From assembly GCF_006345805.1 (NCBI RefSeq), contig NC_043004.1, positions 58,280,001 through 58,344,000 of the forward strand: a stretch of 64,000 nt of DNA. Reading direction: 5' to 3'. Position 1 is the stretch's first letter; each line of letters begins with the position of its first letter. The DNA is from Octopus sinensis. Lineage: Eukaryota. Positions 25,402-36,240 of the stretch are shown piece by piece. Under the pieces are notes generated by a model. The model was not told where the DNA came from. It saw only the letters and a program-made list of their open reading frames with translations, and made no database searches. The position numbers and the translations under genes were made by a program.

Positions 25402-26061
25402 TTTACTCTTTTACTTGTTTCAGTCATTTGACTGCAACCATGCTGGAGCACTGCCTTTAGTCGAGCAAATCGACCCCTGGATTTATTCTTTGGAAGCCTA
25501 GTACTTATTCTATCTGTCTCTTTTGCTGAACCGCTAAGTTACAGGGATGTAAACACACCACCATTGGTTGTCAAGTGATGTTGGGGGGACAAACACACAT
25601 ACTCATACATATATACATACATATATATACATATATATACAGCGGCAAGCTGGCAGAAATGATAGCACATCGGGCGAAATGTGTAGCCGTATTTCGTCTG
25701 GCGATACGTCCCAAGTTCAAATTCCGCCGAGGTCGACTTTGCCTTTCATCCTTTCGGGGTCGATAAATAAAGTACCAGTTACGCACTGGGGTCGATGTAG
25801 TAGACTTAATCCCTTTGTCTGTCTTTGTTTGACCCCTCTGTGTTTAGCTCCTTGTGGGCAATAAAGAAATATATATATATATATATATACATCTATACGA
25901 CGGGCTTCTTTCAGTTTCCATCTACCAATCCACTCACAAGGCTTTGGTCTGCCCGAGGCTACAGTAGAAGAAACTTGTCCAAGGTGTCACGCAGTGGGAC
26001 TGAACCCAGAACCATGTAGTTCATAAACAAGCTACTTACCACACAGCCACTTCTACACCTA
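25402..26061 (-). mobile_element. SINE family A with nested SINE D (25641-25870, plus strand)
   Basis: D copy sits in the internal TA tract; partial duplicate of A follows at 26064-26162. Confidence 0.9.
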
Positions 26062-26164
26062 AAGTTTCCGTCTACCAAAATTAAATCCATTCACAAGGCT
26101 TTGGTCTGCCCGAGACTATAGTAGAAGACACTTGCCCAAGGTGCCACACAGTGGGACTGAATCT

Positions 26165-27440
26165 GCCAATACTGATGATGTTCTTTTGCTATGGTAATGT
26201 TTTTTCTATGATAGGAATTTCTGGGGTCGTATTCCATCATGCTCATTACTCACAGCCCACATTTTTCAGAGAGAAAAATCAAAGTGTAAATTGAGAAAAT
26301 GTATCTTCAGAGACATGTCATGCCTTAACTCTTGATAGGCATGAAACAAGTTTTCAAATAAAGTTTATAATTTTCAGTTTATTTAGTTCCATGAAATTTG
26401 TTTATTGTCATTTTGAAAGTCATCCATACATATTTTTCATTGACTTCTAAAATACCATCAAATTCATTGTCTGCATGAAGTTTTTGTGACAGAACAGAGG
26501 TGATAAACATTCCTTCAATTTTTGCATCACTAATTGCTAGAAGTTTGTCTTTGTGATAAAGGAGAGTTGCTCACATTTGGTCTGTAGCTTCCTTAAAGCT
26601 ATTCAGTAATCTTAGTTTATATATTTGATGGCAGCAAAATGATTTTTTTTTCTTGCTCAACAAGAGGCAGATCAAAATTTTTTTATGCTAGGTTCAAAGG
26701 ATTTCTTTTAAATTATTCTTTTACATGAAATGCAAAAGCCACAACTTTCAAATTAAGAATTTTTCCTTTAATAATTGTCATAAATTACAGATAGCAAAAG
26801 TTTTAAATGTTGTCATACACATTTCTTTCATATAGGTTGAATATCCTATGAATATTGATGGCAACAACTTATGAATGTGTATTGAAACCTTTTTCAAGAC
26901 AAGTTTCAACGTTTCTTTGAATAGTTGCCATTTGATTGAATTGTGATTTAAATTACAAGCTTTCATGAGACTATAAATATTATTGCATGCAAGCAAATTG
27001 CTCTCTTTTATATAAAAAAAGAAAAAGTGAGAAATCCTTACCATAGTCACATGAAATATTTGGCATCATCAGCAAGTAGGTTACATAGTCTCACTTGTAT
27101 GCCCAGAGGATCTGCATTCATTTTCACAAACGTAAGTCCTTTGTAAAATAATTTATTTCACTCTGAGGAAATTTATGTAGCTCTGTAGATTCACTTGAAA
27201 TGTTTGGATCAGAAGATGTGCAACCTGCATGCCCATCGCTTTCCATATAATGGGAAGTCTTTCACTATGTAGGACTAGCTATAGAATGGAGGATAAATTA
27301 GGATATTGCAGTGTTCTTTTCTTTTTTGTATTTCACTCTTAAAAATTTTTGAAGTCAAGTGAAACAGCAATCACTGTTATCAGCTGTAGGTTCACTCCAT
27401 TATTTAGATATTGTGAAAGGTATATACTTCTGAGACATTT
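26165..27440 (-). pseudogene. Heavily decayed Chapaev3-like (CMC superfamily) transposase
   Basis: Colinear degenerate motifs: QYPNLSSI.LVLHSERLP; FPQSEINYFTKDLRL; LLACNNIYSLMK...WQLF...PSIFIGYSTYMKE; PLVEQEKKIILLP; ISDAKIEGMF...EKYVWMTFK...TENYK. Many stops and frameshifts. Confidence 0.8.
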
Positions 27441-28867
27441 ATCCAGCATGTTACCGATAGGTTTAAATGAACATCTTTCATTCTACTCTTATATCCTCTC
27501 TAAAGTGATCTTATTTCTATTCTTCAATTCTTCAGCTTCCAACTTACTTCATTTCCCCCACCCCCATCACCCAAGTCCTCTTTACATTTCTTTTACACCC
27601 AGTCTCCTATGGCTTCTGTCTATGTATGAAGCTGATATGGTCTTGTGTTCCCCATCAGCTGCAGCCAGTTTCTCAAACATAGAGGATATAAAACTTCCCC
27701 CACTTTCGTTTATTTCCCTCCTGTCATCTTTATACTGAAGACTGAAACATTGGTTACTCCACTCACCATAATAATTTCATTGTACTTTTTCTGTTACATT
27801 TTGTATCTGATGCTGGCCACGACCAGTCTCATTTGGTTCTGTTTTATCTGATTTACCATAACTACCAAGAACAAAGAACTACCTCATAACCTTTATATAA
27901 AATCTCTATTATAGATTCTATTCAATACATTTATCACCATGACAAGACCATTTATATTATAGATCACCAAATTCATCTATATTTTTGTTTTAAATGTCAC
28001 CTTATAATAAAGCATATCTAGTAACTAAAGATAGGTTTGTTGCTGTAATTTTTAGTATAATTTAATTTGATGAACATTTGATGGATAGTAATTAAAATAT
28101 CATCAAAGTTTTAAGTGCAATGGAATATCTAAATGTCCATTACTACTCGTAAGATTGTTGTCCTCGTGCATCAAATAAATAATACCAAATCAATTTCATA
28201 TAGATAATTTTGTTTTGTTAAATATAAAGGTTCATTAATGTTTTATTAGAAAAATATTCCGATATTATAAAATAGAGCAAAAGAAAAACTTTTGCGATGT
28301 ATGTAATATTTCAAAACCACTACGGAAAACTTTAAAGTTGGCAAATGACAAGCAAAAAAAAAAATGAAAAATCAATCAATAAGTTATTTTTGCCATTTCA
28401 ATAGAAGCCTTTAATCAATGTTACTGCAACCATGGTAAATAGACATTTCATTCAAAGCAGGTTTGACTATTATTAGAAAATACTACTTTCATTTAGTTAT
28501 TTATATAAAAAAATAAAATAAAAAACTATGCAATAGTCAATAGTATAGTAGATCCATAGTAGATAGTGGATCAAAGTGACTTGATGAATGATGAAGTAAA
28601 TTAATGGTTTGGTAATTCCAATCTACCTAAAGTTAACTTTATTTTTCCTTCCTTCTAGAACTGAAGAATTGGTTCCAATAGCATTTTAGTCATTTTGTAT
28701 CGGTTTTGTTAGTCATGAAAAGGAATTCTATTTGAATATATTTATTGAATTCTAAATCAGTTGAATATTTGATTACATCAAACCAAGTTAAAGCTAATCA
28801 AGAGAGAGTCTTTGTTTAGCTATGTACAAAGGTGACAAATTTGTAAAAGGTTTTAGAGTAGTGAACA

Positions 28868-29284
28868 TAGGCGCAGGAGTGGCTGTGTGGTAAGTAGCTT
28901 GCTTACCAACCACATGGTTCTGGGTTCAGTCCCACTGCGTGGCACCTTGGGCAAGTGTCTTCTACTATAGCCTCGGGCCGACCAAAGCCTTGTGAGTGGA
29001 TTTGGTAGACGGAAACTGAAAGAAGCCCGTCATATATATGTATATATATATGTGTGTGTGCGTGTATGTTTGTGTGTCTGTGTTTGTCCCCCTAGCATTG
29101 AATGACAACCGATGCTGGTGTGTTTACGTCCCCGTCACTTAGCGGTTCGGCAAAAGAGACCGATAGAATAAGTACTGGGCTTACAAAGAATAAGTCCCAG
29201 GGTCGAGTTGCTCGACTAAAGGCGGTGCTCCAGCATGGCCGCAGTCAAATGACTGAAACAAGTAAAAGAGTAAAGAGTAAGAGA
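28868..29284 (+). mobile_element. SINE family A
   Basis: Full-length, starts taggcgcaggagtggctg. Confidence 0.93.
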
Positions 29285-30374
29285 ATGCCTTGCAGTATTT
29301 GTTCTGATTTTCAGCTTTCTGAGTTCAAATCATGCTGTGGCCTAGTAGGGTGGTAGACTTCATCTGTCCCCCTACCTGATGACACCATGGGTGTCTTTAG
29401 CAGAGAGTAACCTGCAGAAAACATTTGAGTCTGATCTCCTGTTAGAGAATCCCTTCTCCTCTCCCTTCCACCCCAGTCAGAGGCCCTGTGAAGCCTCATC
29501 ACCACTGCTTTCTTTCTTGGCTAAAAATAAAATATGCCAATAGAAATTTTATATGCTGCAAATTCAATCAAGCATAAACCTTCCAATTCAATACTTTTAC
29601 ACTTTGAACATTTACACCACAAATATACAATTCTGAAGGTAAAAGCATCAGTTCTTCATTTTGTAATTTGTATTAATGTCCCTTCAGTTTCATTGCTTTC
29701 ATTGAAATAAAGCCACTCAGGGTAAAGAAGTAGTTGATAAAATACGTCTATGTAATCAGTGTCGATTAATTTGTAGCAAATACTTGGAAGGTTGATTTCT
29801 TGCAGATTTTGTTCGTATGCAATATTTTGAAACTAGAGAACAATTTTTTTGTCCTAAGTAAATTAATTTAATTAAATCTTTATGTGTAAACAGATACTGA
29901 TACCCAACTCAGACTAGAGTGAAATCAATACGTTAAAAAAATCAATTATATTGCTTTTTTATCTACTTGGATACTGACTATCAAGGCCAAGATCATTTTA
30001 GCCAACTTCACCTAAATTTCTACATACTCACTCCTAGATATGTTTCTTTTCTCTATCTGTCTGTCTCTGTCTCTCTCTCCTTTATTCCTCTCTGTCTCTC
30101 TCTAATTTTGTTAACTCCGCTGTCTGAGGGTCCTTCTTTTCCCTTAAATTCATAATGTTACATTTGGAACAGTCATTATCATTTTTATACTAAGGAATCT
30201 CATTCAGCCAAATAAAGAGCTCACTTCCCAGTCATGCAGTTTTGGGTTCAGTCCTGCTGTGACCAACTTAGGTTAGTGTATTCTACTATAGGACCATAGC
30301 CTCCAATTAACAACACCCCATAAATAGACTTGGTAATGTAAACTGAAAGAAGTCAAATCATATATATATATATA

Positions 30375-30413
<39 letters not shown>

Positions 30414-30416
30414 TTG

Positions 30417-30586
30417 ATTTAAAGCAGCAGAAAATTCAACAAAACCTGTACTCTGAGTTTCCCGGGAAACTTAGAGTAACAGGTTTTGTTGAATTTTCTG
30501 CTGCTTTAAATAAAGCATATTACTCTACCACTGGTATTTGAGTACTCTTTTTTCCACCTTGTTTCACATTTATGTGTTTACTCCGG
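30417..30586 (+). repeat. Repeat X with fold-back 5' end
   Basis: 30417-30463 is the reverse complement of 30464-30511 with no spacer; element ends in (TA)n. Confidence 0.85.
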
Positions 30587-30859
30587 TATATATATATATA
30601 TATTTATGTATCATTGGTGTCTTTATCAACATGACCATTTTAACGTCCCCTTTTCCATGCTTACATAAGCGAAACAGAATTTGCTCAGGCAAATTTTCTA
30701 TGATCAGATACTCTACTTGTCACCAACCTTTGCCTGTTTCCGAGCAAAGTAATATTTCCCTTAAGCTGGACATATTTTAATGGAAGTCTGGAAACAAATG
30801 ACATTACTTGAATGATGGTGATGTATATTTACAATTGTTGTGACACAAATACACAAACA

Positions 30860-31228
<369 letters not shown>

Positions 31229-31408
31229 GTGGGGTAGGTTTTCGATCAAAGGGATATATATATACGTATAAAAATATATATAAAAAAATACAAAATGGGA
31301 CAAGAACGCAAAACATTAAATAGACGATACAAAAAAACGGATGGGTCATTCGAAGCCTCTAATCTTCAGTCAAGAACCGGATCATCCTCGCAATTTCGGC
31401 TGATTAAC
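31229..31408 (-). repeat. Unclassified repeat fragment Z abutting (TA)n
   Basis: CpG-containing segment with a T-rich minus-strand 3' part running into (TA)n; single copy here. Confidence 0.4.
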
Positions 31409-31664
31409 AGACACACATACAGGCATACATACATAGATACATACATACATAGACACATACATATATAACATCATCATCATTTAATGTTTGTCTTCCATAC
31501 TGGCATGAGTTGGATGGTTTGACAGAAGCTGGTAAACCAGAGGAGTGCACCAATTTCCACTGCCTGTTTTGGCATGTTTTTTTTTATGACTGGATGCCCT
31601 TTCTAATGCCAATCACTTTACAGAATGGACTGGATGTTTTTTTTATGGCACCACACATATATAT

Positions 31665-31870
31665 TCTTTATTCTTTTACTTGTTTCAGTCAAATAACTGG
31701 AGCACCACCTTTAGTCGAGCAAATTGACCCCAGGACTTATTCTTTGTAAACCTAGTACTTATTCTATCGGTCTCTTTTGCCAAACCACTGAGTTACGGGG
31801 GACGTAAACACACCAGCATCAGGTCAAGCGATGTTGGGGGAACAAACACAGATGTACAAACATATACACT

Positions 31871-31916
<46 letters not shown>

Positions 31917-32885
31917 CTATATATAATATTTTGTCGCATCTGAAATATTGCGCATCTGCAACATGAGCTGGACACAATGACAGGTGGCTGAGACACAACA
32001 GCTGCATTTTATGCAGGTAAGTTCCAGGCCCTGCGCTACTGGCACACAAAGAAATGACGTGAAGACTGGATACACTGGCCCGGAAGAATTGCAATCCCTG
32101 AGTCAAAATCAGTGCGTGACCTGGGCATTGACATGAGCAATGATGCATCTTTCCAAATGCTATTGCTAATCTGGTGATAAAATGCAGACGGCTAGCTGGA
32201 TGGATTCTCCGACTTTCAGAAAGAGAGAAGGAGACACTGATGGTCCTATGGAAAACATTTGTCCTCAGCCGCTTGGACTACTGCTCTCCCAACTTTGGTC
32301 ACCACACAATATAAAACAAAAGCAGAACTCGAGCAACTCAGGAAGCTACACAAGAAATTCGTCTCATGCAAAAATGTCAGCTCTGGAAACTGAAGGTATT
32401 AAACCTCTTTCCCTGGAGCGGAGGGGGAGAGATATGCAGTATATACATCTGGAAAATCCTGGAGGGTCTTATATCCCAAACTTTGGCATTCAAAGTTACT
32501 CCAACCGCAGAACGGGGCCCGCTGCGTGGTGCCAAGGATTCCAACATCACCAATCAAACAGGTCCAGATACTGCAACAGCTTGGGTTTCAGAGGACCACA
32601 GCTTTTCAACATCCTCCCTAAATGCCTGAGAGACTTACTGGTGTGGATGTGGGTTCTTTAAAACTAAACTGGATCTCTTCTTGTTGGAAGTCCCAGATGA
32701 ACCTACCTCACGACAGGAGACGCGGAGCGGGCAGCAGCATCGAACTCCCTTGTTGATCAAGTGCCATGTATCAGAGGTGGATTCACAACTAGTGTGGCTC
32801 ATTCAGCGGTGGTGCCCCAGCATGGCCGCGCCTTCGGGCTAAAACTTTTTAAGGATTTAAGGATTTTATATATACATACATGTGT

Positions 32886-32931
<46 letters not shown>

Positions 32932-33089
32932 ACATATATGATGGGGTTCTTTCAGTTTCCGTCTACCAATCCACTCACAAGGCTTTGGTTGGCACAAGGC
33001 TATAGTAGAAGACACTTGCCCAAAGTACCACGCAGTGGGACTGAACCCAGAACCATGTGTTTGGTAAGCCAGCTACTACCACACAGCCA
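31665..33089 (-). mobile_element. SINE family A split by a CR1 LINE
   Basis: 3' half at 31665-31880, 5' half at 32930-33089. Confidence 0.85.
31929..32866 (+). mobile_element. 5'-truncated, frameshifted CR1-group LINE
   Basis: KSVRDLGIDMS...WKTFVLSRLDYCSQLWSP...SLERRR..YIWKILEGL..NSLGFRGPQLFNILPKCLRDL...FKTKLDLFL..VPDEP; stem-loop 3' end and TTTAAGGA repeats. Confidence 0.92.
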
Positions 33090-33857
33090 CGTACATATAT
33101 TTTATTATTCTTATACAAGAATGTTGTTGACAGTGACTTCAAAATTTAGGCTAGCTAAGTTATCATCAGACAGTCTAAGCTGGTTGAAACATCGAAGTCA
33201 TGGTCAGTAATATTCTAGCAAAAGAATACTAAATGTAAAGTTAATTACCACATCAAAATGGTTGTTCCATGTTACTACTTGTTTAACTCCAGGCAGATCT
33301 TCCGTCAGCTGATTTTCCGTCACCCTGTACATATATATTGCTGGCAGGAAGTGAACCCTGCCATCATCTAACAGACAACAGGATCATGAGACTGACTCAG
33401 TTTCAAACTGGTTGGCTCATCTTCAGTCATGAGCACTTGTTTGCCAGAGTGTACTCTACAACAATATAGAATAACCCATCACATTAGTGCAAAATTGTTT
33501 TTTTAACTGAACATAAAAACAAACATTAATATTTGTACTCACATATTGGAGAAGACACTTGCCCAAGGTGCCACACAATGGGACTGAACCCTAAATCAAA
33601 ATTCTTAACTACTCAGTCATACATGCATATACATATATGCATATAGATATGATACAGTTAACTTAATTTAGGAAATGTTTAAGGAAATGATTTACACATA
33701 AGAGGACTCAATATATTTAAATATTTGGTAGAATATCTTTTTATTTATGTTATGAAAGAAATCAGAAAAGTTTACAAATGCTTCAATAATGTCAGGGCCC
33801 TGCATGATTGTTCTTTTGCAAAATTTTTGTGTAATTGTTGGACTCCCTTATACTAAA

Positions 33858-34257
33858 CTAGCAGTATCACCCGGCATTGCTCGGGTTTGTAAGGGAAATA
33901 ACTATAAAGCATTTTTAGAGAGTTATAGCAAAAAAATAGCAAAAAAATGCATTAAAAATGGAAATAAAATGATGGTAAATTTTTTTTTAAATCGTTGACT
34001 CATCGTAGACATTTTTAGAGAGTTACTTCCCTTATATAATAGCGAAAAATGCATTAAAATGGAAAAAAATTATGGTAAATTTTTTTTTAAATCGTAGACT
34101 CATTGTAGACATGCGCTAATACCCAGAAGGGCTCGATATGAATCACAACTATAAGATACCCGGTTTTGGTTAAACTGCACCGCAAAATGTGGGAGTAGTT
34201 AGGAACCTAAATCGTAGGAGACAGACAGACACACAACCTCCCTTTTATATATAAAGA
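33858..34257 (-). mobile_element. Non-autonomous Helitron
   Basis: Minus strand A|TCTTTATATATAAAAG start, hairpin cccgagcaatgccggg and CTAG|T end; internal ~100-bp tandem duplication. Confidence 0.85.
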
Positions 34258-34270
34258 TGTGTGTGTGTAT

Positions 34271-34303
<33 letters not shown>

Positions 34304-34410
34304 ATAATGAAAATTGAATTGATAAGGAACAAGGAATAATGCATCCTAAAATTAGTAGCTTGAGATGGGTTTTAAAATATGTATTTCTCTTGATTGCTTC
34401 ATATCATTGT

Positions 34411-34740
34411 GAAGGTGCATGGCTCAATGGTTAGAGCATCAGGTTCACAATCACGAGGTAGTGAGTTTGATTCCCGGACAGGCTGTGTGTTGTGTTCTTG
34501 AGCAAGTCACTTTATTTCACATTGCTCTAGTTCCCTCAGCTTAGAAATGAAATGTGACATCACTGGTGCTAAACTGTATTGGCTTCTGCCTTTCCTTTGG
34601 ATACCACCAATGGCATGGAGAGGGGAGGCTGGTATGCACAGGAAACTGCTGGTCTTCCATGAAAAACCTTGCTCAGACTTAAGCCTCAGGAGGGAAATTT
34701 TTAGGTGTAATCCCATGGTCATAGATGACCAAAGAGAGTC
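34411..34740 (+). mobile_element. SINE family B
   Basis: Colinear with 5599-5934. Confidence 0.85.
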
Positions 34741-35156
34741 TTTATTTTACTTCATACCACTTATTGTGGATGGTTGTCTAAATTTGTAGAAACTTGTCTT
34801 TCAGTTGACTGCTTTACACTATTGATGGTATTTCGAATTCTCGTGATCATGTTGCTTTTAGATTTTTGGGGAAGAGGTCATGTTACATACTTGAGACTCA
34901 AAAGAGAATTTGGCTCTTTCATTACAAGCCAATGAAACTTTTTTGTAACGTATGCCATGGCATAGTAAGTGTCATTCAAGGTTGTTGTCCATTGCTATGC
35001 TGCTGGTAAAAATATTTGTTTAATTATGCATGTATCTTCATAAATTCTTCAAAGTAGAAGTCTTTTTTTAAAGTCTGTATTGCATTGTCTATATATTGAA
35101 AGACATAGAAACACACTCACACAAACAATGATAAAAAAAAATAAGTATATAAATTA

Positions 35157-35193
<37 letters not shown>

Positions 35194-35539
35194 AAAACAC
35201 ACACACGATACATATACATACACGCACACACACATACATACTTCTTTGTTCTGACCTGTGGCTGGGACACAAAAAACACCACTCCTTATTCTTACAAACT
35301 GGCCAGCCACTAGCCTGTTGTTTGCAGCCAGAACCATACACACATACACACACATGCATACACACACACACACATACACACACACACGCAGACCTCCGTG
35401 CATGCACACATCCACACACATTCCCCCTCCCACATTCCTCGTCTTTGACATACTACCATACTGTCTTTGAGAACTCTTCTGTCTTTGAAAACAACCTTCT
35501 TCACCCTTTCGACTTCTGGTCTTTCAAAATGTGACCTCG

Positions 35540-35725
35540 TGTGTACCGTTGGCGATTTTTTTTCATCTGTCTTCCCTTCTCGGGATCTTTCCTTCTCCTA
35601 TGTTTCCGACGAAGAGCTCCACTCGAAACATTTTCCCTTCTTTCCTGAGCGTCCAATAGTACTGTATTTGTTCCACATCCTCACGTTGTTGTGTTTTTTT
35701 GTGTTTTCTTGTTTGGATTAGCTTT
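35540..35725 (+). repeat. Repeat Y-like element with hammerhead-like core, ending in (TA)n
   Basis: CCGACGA-A-GAG-ctcca-CTC-GAAAC at 35606-35629; T-rich 3' part then (TA)n. Confidence 0.55.
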
Positions 35726-35752
35726 ATATAAATATATATATATATATATATA

Positions 35753-35973
35753 TACATTATTTACATTATTTATATTCGACGGATATTTGTCCCCATCTTG
35801 TTTGTTGTTAACACGTTTCAGCTGATATACCCTCTAGCTTTCATCAGGTGTCTTGGGGAAATTTTGAACCTGGGTTCTCAGATGTTGTTATTATTTCTAA
35901 GGTCACTGCCTGGAATCAAACTTGGAATCTTGGGATTAGTAGCCTAGGCTCTTAACCACTACACCATATGTCC
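35753..35973 (-). mobile_element. Same element, inverted (left arm of fold-back)
   Basis: Reverse complement of the right arm with an internal deletion of about 18 nt. Confidence 0.8.
35809..35852 (-). ncRNA. Degenerate hammerhead motif (left arm)
   Basis: GACAC-CUGAUGA-A-AGCU..AGCU-GAAAC-GUGUU; 3 nt shorter than the right arm at the cleavage triplet. Confidence 0.55.
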
Positions 35974-35975
35974 GT

Positions 35976-36240
35976 GGGCATATGGCGCAGTGGTTAAGAG
36001 CCCGGGCTACTAACTCCAAGATTCCAAGTTCAATTCCAGGCAGTGACCTTAGAAATAATAATAACAACATCAAAAAATACCTTAGGAATATGAACCCAGG
36101 TTCAAAATTTCCCCAAGACACCTGATGAAGGCTGGAGGGTATATCAGCTGAAATGCTGTGTTATCAACAAACAAAATGAGGACAAATATCCATCAAATAT
36201 AAATAATGTACATAATTCCTCATCTCTTAAATATAGAACT
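35976..36240 (+). mobile_element. tRNA-headed SINE-like element with hammerhead motif (right arm of fold-back)
   Basis: A-box tggcgcagtgg at 35983, B-box gttcaattcc at about 36028; hammerhead-like motif at 36117-36162. Confidence 0.8.
36117..36162 (+). ncRNA. Degenerate type I minimal hammerhead ribozyme motif
   Basis: GACAC-CUGAUGA-A-GGCUG(loop)CAGCU-GAAA-UG-CU-GUGUU; stems I and II pair, but the stem III/NUH region is mutated. Confidence 0.6.

Noticed and set aside
29376-29395. CTGATGA followed by hairpin gacacc-atg-ggtgtc as a hammerhead
   Set aside because: No GAAA follows the stem, so the core is incomplete.
29721-29861. Frame open except for one TGA (29793), suggesting selenocysteine
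   Set aside because: It is short, explainable as exon/intron sequence in other frames, and has no SECIS evidence or homology.
31345-31405. Minus-strand GAAA...CTGAAGA in repeat Z as a hammerhead
   Set aside because: I could not build stems I-III or an NUH site by eye.
35976-36048. tRNA-like heads (here and in SINE B, C and D) as true tRNA genes
   Set aside because: They have no intact cloverleaf or acceptor stem and continue into repeat bodies.
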